Source: Desulfatiglandales bacterium
GTDB lineage: Bacteria > Desulfobacterota > DSM-4660 > Desulfatiglandales > Desulfatiglandaceae
Length of the DNA stretch: 64,000 bases
Assembly (NCBI GenBank): GCA_963666345.1
Contig: OY762721.1
Location: 3,456,001 to 3,520,000 of the forward strand
Direction of reading: 5' to 3'
Position numbers and translations under genes: made by a program. Shown piece after piece: positions 58,585-64,000 of this stretch. Positions within the stretch are counted from its first letter, which is position 1. Each line of letters begins with the position of its first letter. A model generated the notes under the pieces. That model was not told the DNA's origin, searched no databases, and saw only the letters and a list, made by a program, of their open reading frames with translations.

Positions 58585-59964
58585 ATGGTCGATTCATCCC
58601 ATATCGTTCCGGGAGCCGAAACAGTGGTGGTGGGGATCGGTATATCCGGACTCTGGACCCTCAGGTGGCTCGCGGCACAGGGAGCCGACGTGGTGGTAAG
58701 CGATTCGGAAAAGCTCTCCAGGCTTTCTCCGGAGACCCTGAACGAGATCCGCAGCCTCGGCGCTAGGCTCGAGACGGGGGGGCACAGGACCGAGACGTTC
58801 CTGAGGGCCGGGAAGATAATCGTGAGTCCCGGTGTGCCGCTTGATATCGAGCCCTTAAGGGCCGCTTCCGAAAAAGGCATCCCTGTCATGGGAGAGCTGG
58901 AGTTCGCAAGCCGCCTTGTGGACATCCCGATAATCGCGGTTACCGGTACGAACGGAAAGTCCACTGTAACCGCCCTTATAGGGGAGATGATAGAAAGGGC
59001 CGGTCTGAGGGTCTTTGTGGGGGGGAATATCGGGCTGCCTCTTATCGCCTATGCGGCAGGGAAATGGTCCGCCGACTATGCGGTGGTGGAGGTAAGCAGC
59101 TTTCAGCTCGACACCACGGAGAATTTCTGCCCTTTTATCTCTCTGCTTCTAAATATCTCGCCCGATCACCTGGAAAGGTATGCCGATTATGGTGCGTATG
59201 TGAATTCAAAGCTCAGGATATTCAGGAACCAGGGCAAAGGCGACTACATGATCCTCAACGACGATGACGCCCTGCTGAGGGCTCTTGTCCCTGAGACCGA
59301 AGCGGATGTCCTGCGATACGGGTTTGAAAAAAGGATGGGAAGGCATTCATACTTTGAGCAAGGTGATGTAAGGGCCGGTGTCAGGCAAGACGGGATGGAG
59401 AGATTTACGGCCGGTTCCTTCAAACTTCCCGGTCATCACAACCGGGAAAATCTTCTTGCAGGTGTGCTGGCCGGGATGGTCATCGGCATTGACAAAGCCG
59501 CAATCCAGGAGACGATCGATGATTTCAGGGGACTTTCCCATCGCCTTGAATTCGTCGGAGAACTGGACGGGGTTCGCTTTTATGACGATTCAAAGGCCAC
59601 TAACGTGGATGCGGCCGTAAGGGCTCTGGAAAGCCTTGATACCCCGATTATCCTGATCGCGGGCGGCAGGCACAAGGGTGCTGATTACGGGGCGCTGGTC
59701 GAGGCGGCCGGGGAAAACGTGAAAAGGGCGGTCCTGATGGGAGAGTCGAGGGATATGCTCGCTGAATCCTTTGAAGGGGTTATCCCTTATGAAATGGCCG
59801 GCGATATGGACGAGGCGGTTTCACTGGCCTTTTCTCATGCCGAAACGGGAGATTCCGTGCTTCTGGCCCCGGCATGCTCAAGCTTTGATATGTACTCGGA
59901 CTACGGCGAGAGGGGACGGTTTTTCATGTTTGCCGTAAAGAGGCTTTTAAATGGCCGAAAATAA
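58585..59964 (+). CDS. murD: UDP-MurNAc-L-Ala:D-Glu ligase
   Basis: SPGVP, TGTNGKST, EVSSFQL, HRLE, DSKATN, PACSSFD. Confidence 0.96.
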   Translation: MVDSSHIVPGAETVVVGIGISGLWTLRWLAAQGADVVVSDSEKLSRLSPETLNEIRSLGARLETGGHRTETFLRAGKIIVSPGVPLDIEPLRAASEKGIPVMGELEFASRLVDIPIIAVTGTNGKSTVTALIGEMIERAGLRVFVGGNIGLPLIAYAAGKWSADYAVVEVSSFQLDTTENFCPFISLLLNISPDHLERYADYGAYVNSKLRIFRNQGKGDYMILNDDDALLRALVPETEADVLRYGFEKRMGRHSYFEQGDVRAGVRQDGMERFTAGSFKLPGHHNRENLLAGVLAGMVIGIDKAAIQETIDDFRGLSHRLEFVGELDGVRFYDDSKATNVDAAVRALESLDTPIILIAGGRHKGADYGALVEAAGENVKRAVLMGESRDMLAESFEGVIPYEMAGDMDEAVSLAFSHAETGDSVLLAPACSSFDMYSDYGERGRFFMFAVKRLLNGRK

Positions 59965-61111
59965 GACGAACACCTTCGGATACGACTACCTGATACTGGT
60001 GCCGGTGGTATGCCTGCTGGGTCTGGGGCTTGTGTTCGTATACAGCGCAAGTTCTCACACGGCCGCGCACAGGCTGGGGGACAGTTATTTCTATCTCAAA
60101 AGACAGGGCCTGTTCTGCCTGCTCGGGCTGAGTCTCATGATTATGACAAAGAACATCCCCTGCACGCTTTATTCAAGGCTCGTTTATCCCCTTATGGCAT
60201 TTAGTTTCACCCTGCTCGCGCTGCTGTTTGTCCCCGGGATAGGCGCGAAAGTGGGAGGCGCCTACAGGTGGCTTAAATTCTCGGGCCTCAGGTTTCAGCC
60301 CTCGGAACTGGCGAAATTTTCCCTGGCGGTTTACCTGGCCTATTCCATGGCCAAAAAGGGCTCGGCAATGTCGACCTTTTCAAAAGGCCTTGTGCCGCAT
60401 CTGGCGGTCGCAGGGGCCTTCATGCTCCTCATCCTGCTCCAGCCCGACCTGGGCACGACCGCCATTATCGGCTGCTGGGTACTTGTGCTTCTATTTGTGG
60501 GGGGTGCCAATTCACTTCAGCTCTTTTCCCTTCTGATGCTTGCTGCGGCGGCACTCTACTTCCTTATCCTCAGGGCCGACTACAGGCTGGACAGATGGAA
60601 GGCGTTCCTGAATCCGTGGGAGGACCCCCAGGGGATAGGTTTTCAGATAATACACTCCTTTCTGGCCTTCGGCTCGGGGGGGGTCTTCGGGGCGGGGCTC
60701 GGCAACAGCAAACAGAAGATGTTCTATCTGCCGGAGTCTCACACCGATTTCGTGCTTTCCATAGCGGCCGAGGAACTCGGTTTTGTCGGGATAACCATAA
60801 TCATAATACTGTTCTCGATTCTCATCCTGAGGGGGATAAGGATCTCACTTGAGGCGCGGGATCTCTACAGGAGTTACCTGGCATTCGGTCTTACATGCCT
60901 CATCGGGTTGCAGGTCATTGTGAATATGGGTGTCGTAATGGGCCTGCTGCCCACAAAGGGCCTCACCCTTCCGCTTATCTCCTACGGGGGCTCGTCCCTT
61001 GTCCTGAACCTGATAATAATCGGCGTTCTTCTTAATATATCCTCCTATTCCGGGGAGCAGAAGAGGGGCCCGGCCGCGCGGACAAAGGCGCGTAAAAAGG
61101 CAAAGAGGTGA
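59951..61111 (+). CDS. ftsW: SEDS peptidoglycan polymerase FtsW
   Basis: RW, QPSE.AK, QPDLGT, LPE.HTDF, EELG, P.KG.TLP.ISYGGSS. Confidence 0.96.
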   Translation: MAENKTNTFGYDYLILVPVVCLLGLGLVFVYSASSHTAAHRLGDSYFYLKRQGLFCLLGLSLMIMTKNIPCTLYSRLVYPLMAFSFTLLALLFVPGIGAKVGGAYRWLKFSGLRFQPSELAKFSLAVYLAYSMAKKGSAMSTFSKGLVPHLAVAGAFMLLILLQPDLGTTAIIGCWVLVLLFVGGANSLQLFSLLMLAAAALYFLILRADYRLDRWKAFLNPWEDPQGIGFQIIHSFLAFGSGGVFGAGLGNSKQKMFYLPESHTDFVLSIAAEELGFVGITIIIILFSILILRGIRISLEARDLYRSYLAFGLTCLIGLQVIVNMGVVMGLLPTKGLTLPLISYGGSSLVLNLIIIGVLLNISSYSGEQKRGPAARTKARKKAKR

Positions 61112-62214
61112 TCCGCGTGACGGCTTTTAAGGCGATAATAGCGGGAGGCGGGACAGGGGGGCATCTTTTCCCCGGCATTGCCGTTGCCGGTGAGCTGGAA
61201 AAAAGATTCGATCAGGCGGAGGTGTTGTTCGTGGTGGGGCACAGGAAGATGGAAGGTGAGATCCTTTCCCGCTACGGCTATAAACAGAGGTCCATAGACA
61301 TTGAGGGCATAAAGGGCCGGGGCTGGAAAAAGGGGCTTTACGCGATGTTCAAGATCCCCAAAAGCCTTTTTCAGTCCATTAGACTGCTGAGGGAGTTTTC
61401 CCCCCATGTGGTGCTCGGGATGGGAGGCTATTCGGCAGGTCCGGTCTGCCTTGCGGCCCGGTTGATGGGAATACCGACCGCCATACATGAGCAGAACTCC
61501 TATCCGGGATTGACCAACCGGCTGCTGTCCAGGCTGGTGAACAGGGTCTTTATATCCTTTGAGCAAAGCGGGGCGCACCTGCCTGCCGGGTGCGTGTTGA
61601 CCGGTAACCCGGTGAGGGAGGAGATCCTGGCCGGTCGGGTGGAAAGACCGTCATCATTCACCCTGCTTGTGGTAGGGGGGAGCCTGGGCGCCAGGGCGGT
61701 CAACGACGCTTTTGTGGAGGCCCTTGACCTGCTTAAAAAAGAGGGAAGAACCGTGCACGTGATTCATCAGACAGGTGAGGCGGACCATGAAAGGATAATT
61801 GAGCGGTACGCAGCCCTCGGGCTTGAAGGGGAGATCAGTGCGTTCATAAACGATATGGCCGGCGCGTACGCCCGGGCAAGCCTGGTAATTGGGAGGGCGG
61901 GTGCCACAACCATATTCGAGCTTGCAGCTCTTTCCATGCCGTCGATACTCATACCTTATCCATACGCCGCCAACAGGCACCAGGACACAAACGCGCTGAG
62001 CCTTTCAGAGGCGGGGGGCGCGGAGACGGTAAAACAGGAGTCGCTTGACCCTCGGATGCTGGCGCGGCTCATCGGGAAATACATGGATGATCCGGATTCC
62101 TTGAGGCGCATGGGAGAAAACGCCGGCAGGATGATAAAGGGGAAGGCCCAGGCCGTAATAGCCGATCAGATAATTGAATTGATCGAGGAAAAGGGCAAAG
62201 GACGGATAATGTAA
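61108..62214 (+). CDS. murG: Lipid II GlcNAc transferase
   Basis: [39 protein letters not shown]. Confidence 0.96.
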   Translation: MIRVTAFKAIIAGGGTGGHLFPGIAVAGELEKRFDQAEVLFVVGHRKMEGEILSRYGYKQRSIDIEGIKGRGWKKGLYAMFKIPKSLFQSIRLLREFSPHVVLGMGGYSAGPVCLAARLMGIPTAIHEQNSYPGLTNRLLSRLVNRVFISFEQSGAHLPAGCVLTGNPVREEILAGRVERPSSFTLLVVGGSLGARAVNDAFVEALDLLKKEGRTVHVIHQTGEADHERIIERYAALGLEGEISAFINDMAGAYARASLVIGRAGATTIFELAALSMPSILIPYPYAANRHQDTNALSLSEAGGAETVKQESLDPRMLARLIGKYMDDPDSLRRMGENAGRMIKGKAQAVIADQIIELIEEKGKGRIM

Positions 62215-63596
62215 TGGGACAATTCGGTAAGGCAAAACATATCCATTTCGTCGGTATCGGAGGCATCGGCATGAGCGGCATAGCCGAGCTCCTTATGAAC
62301 CTGGGCTATGAGGTAAGCGGCTCCGATCTGAAAGACAGCGAGGTGACAAGGCGTCTTGCTGCGGCCGGCGGAAAGATATTCAAAGGTCACGGCAGGGAGC
62401 AGATCAGGGGGGCCGACGTGGTGGTATATTCCTCGGCCGTGACCCGTGAAAATCCGGAGATAAGGGAGGCCAGAGACTGCTATATCCCGGTGATCCCGAG
62501 GGCCGAGATGCTTGCCGAGCTGATGAGACTCAAACATGGAATCGCGGTGGCGGGGGCGCACGGAAAGACAACCACTACCTCCATGGTGGCATCCATCCTG
62601 AACAGGGGAAACCTCGATCCGACGGTGGTGATCGGAGGGAGACTCGATATATGGGGCGGGTCCAACGCGAAACTGGGTCAGGGTGAAATCCTGGTTGCCG
62701 AGGCCGATGAGAGTGACGGCTCCTTTCTCGCACTTTCCCCCACCATAGCCGTGGTTACCAATCTGGACCATGAACATATGGATCACTACGGCGACATGGA
62801 TCGCATAAGGGATACATTCGTCGATTTCATAAACAAGATCCCCTTTTACGGCACCGCGGTCATCTGCCTGGATAACGAGGAGATCCAGGGGATACTGCCC
62901 AGGCTGAAAAAACGTTATCTGACCTACGGGACGGCATCCCAGGCCGATCTGAGGGGCTATAACATCGCTCAGGACGTAAGCGGCGTTCGGTTCGACGTGA
63001 GTCTCCATGACAGGCCCCTGGGCGGTGTGCTGGTAGCGATGCCGGGACAGCACAATGTCCACAACGCGCTTGCGGCCATAGGGGTCGGCCTTGAACTGGA
63101 TCTGGATATGGAAGTTATCAGGGAGGGGCTGGAGAATCTGGGCGGTCTGGCGAGAAGATTCCAGGTCAAAGGGGAAAACCGGGGGATACTGGTGCTTGAC
63201 GATTACGGGCATCATCCCACCGAGATAGACGCGGTGCTTACAACCGTAAGGGAATCCTGGCCCGAGAGACGATTGATAGTGGCCTTCCAGCCTCACAGAT
63301 ATTCGAGGACGAAATCCCTTTTCGACCGGTTTGTCATGAGTTTCAACGAGACCGACATGCTGGTGGTTACCGAGATATACCCGGCGGGAGAAGATCCCAT
63401 AGAGGGGATCTCGGGCGAGGCGCTCGTAAGGGGAATAAGGGAGCATGGACATAAGGAAGTCCATTTTATCAAAAACAAGGGGGACCTTCCCTCCTTTCTC
63501 CTTCCCAGGATGAAGGAAGGAGACCTCCTGCTCACCCTGGGCGCGGGAAACATATACAGGGAAGGCGAGAGGATAGTGGAAGAGCTTGGCAAATAA
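62214..63596 (+). CDS. murC: UDP-MurNAc:L-Ala ligase
   Basis: [40 protein letters not shown]. Confidence 0.97.
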   Translation: MGQFGKAKHIHFVGIGGIGMSGIAELLMNLGYEVSGSDLKDSEVTRRLAAAGGKIFKGHGREQIRGADVVVYSSAVTRENPEIREARDCYIPVIPRAEMLAELMRLKHGIAVAGAHGKTTTTSMVASILNRGNLDPTVVIGGRLDIWGGSNAKLGQGEILVAEADESDGSFLALSPTIAVVTNLDHEHMDHYGDMDRIRDTFVDFINKIPFYGTAVICLDNEEIQGILPRLKKRYLTYGTASQADLRGYNIAQDVSGVRFDVSLHDRPLGGVLVAMPGQHNVHNALAAIGVGLELDLDMEVIREGLENLGGLARRFQVKGENRGILVLDDYGHHPTEIDAVLTTVRESWPERRLIVAFQPHRYSRTKSLFDRFVMSFNETDMLVVTEIYPAGEDPIEGISGEALVRGIREHGHKEVHFIKNKGDLPSFLLPRMKEGDLLLTLGAGNIYREGERIVEELGK

Positions 63597-63629
63597 CGAG
63601 AATGGAAAAACCCGGGGCGTCTTATATCA

Positions 63630-64000
63630 ATGAACGCGGATCAGAAAAGGGAATTGTCCGGCATGGCGGGAAGCCGCGCAAGTTTCAAGGTCCCGATGTC
63701 GTTTTATACCACACTGGGCGTGGGAGGACCTGCCGAGGCCCTTTACCAGCCGGGTGACATACAGCAACTGGCGGAGGTAATAGCCTATCTCGGCTCGGAA
63801 ATGATCCCCTATGTTGTGGTGGGAAGGGGAAGCAACCTGCTCGTAACCGATAAGGGGATAAGCGGCGTCGTGATAATACTTGACGGGACACTGGAGGAAC
63901 TGACAAAGGGCCCTGAAGGACCGGAAAGCCTGGTCGCGGGTGGCGGGCTGGGTCTTGTCGACCTGCTTCTTTACTGCCGGAAAAACGGGCTCGGCGGGCT
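63630..64000 (+). CDS. murB: UDP-N-acetylenolpyruvoylglucosamine reductase, 3'-truncated by window edge (not in ORF track)
   Basis: Manual translation MNADQKRELS...YTTLGVGGPA...VVGRGSNLLVTD.G..GVVI; follows murC. Confidence 0.92.
   Translation, partial: MNADQKRELSGMAGSRASFKVPMSFYTTLGVGGPAEALYQPGDIQQLAEVIAYLGSEMIPYVVVGRGSNLLVTDKGISGVVIILDGTLEELTKGPEGPESLVAGGGLGLVDLLLYCRKNGLGG

Noticed and set aside
62166..63464. 432-aa minus-strand ORF
   Set aside because: Antisense shadow of murC

Overview
Bacterial genome segment, probably from an anaerobic Desulfobacterota (deltaproteobacterium); this is inferred from gene content (hcp, fprA, RACo/DUF4445, DUF3786, hypAB, ADP-forming acyl-CoA ligase). 1.4-6.6 kb: a nitrosative-stress cluster with three TTGAC-N4-GTCAA (HcpR/CRP-FNR-type) boxes. 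About 11.5-21 kb: an accessory zone with a non-autonomous four-helix-bundle element, attC-like integron sites around a collapsed toxin-antitoxin pair, HUH/Y1 transposase remnants and a 540-aa GNAT-domain gene. That GNAT gene is preceded by what looks like a complete ribosome-mediated attenuator with a Phe/Tyr-rich 23-aa leader peptide, the most striking observation here. The middle of the window is mostly housekeeping (pyrKD, M18 peptidase, livKHMGF, azlCD, hypAB, suhB-like, acyl-CoA ligase). From 50.3 kb to the end lies the dcw cluster (mraZ-rsmH-ftsL-ftsI-murE-murF-mraY-murD-ftsW-murG-murC-murB), with a single-domain response regulator between murF and mraY. I saw no rRNA, tRNA or CRISPR array. 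All family calls come from motif recognition by eye, not database searches.
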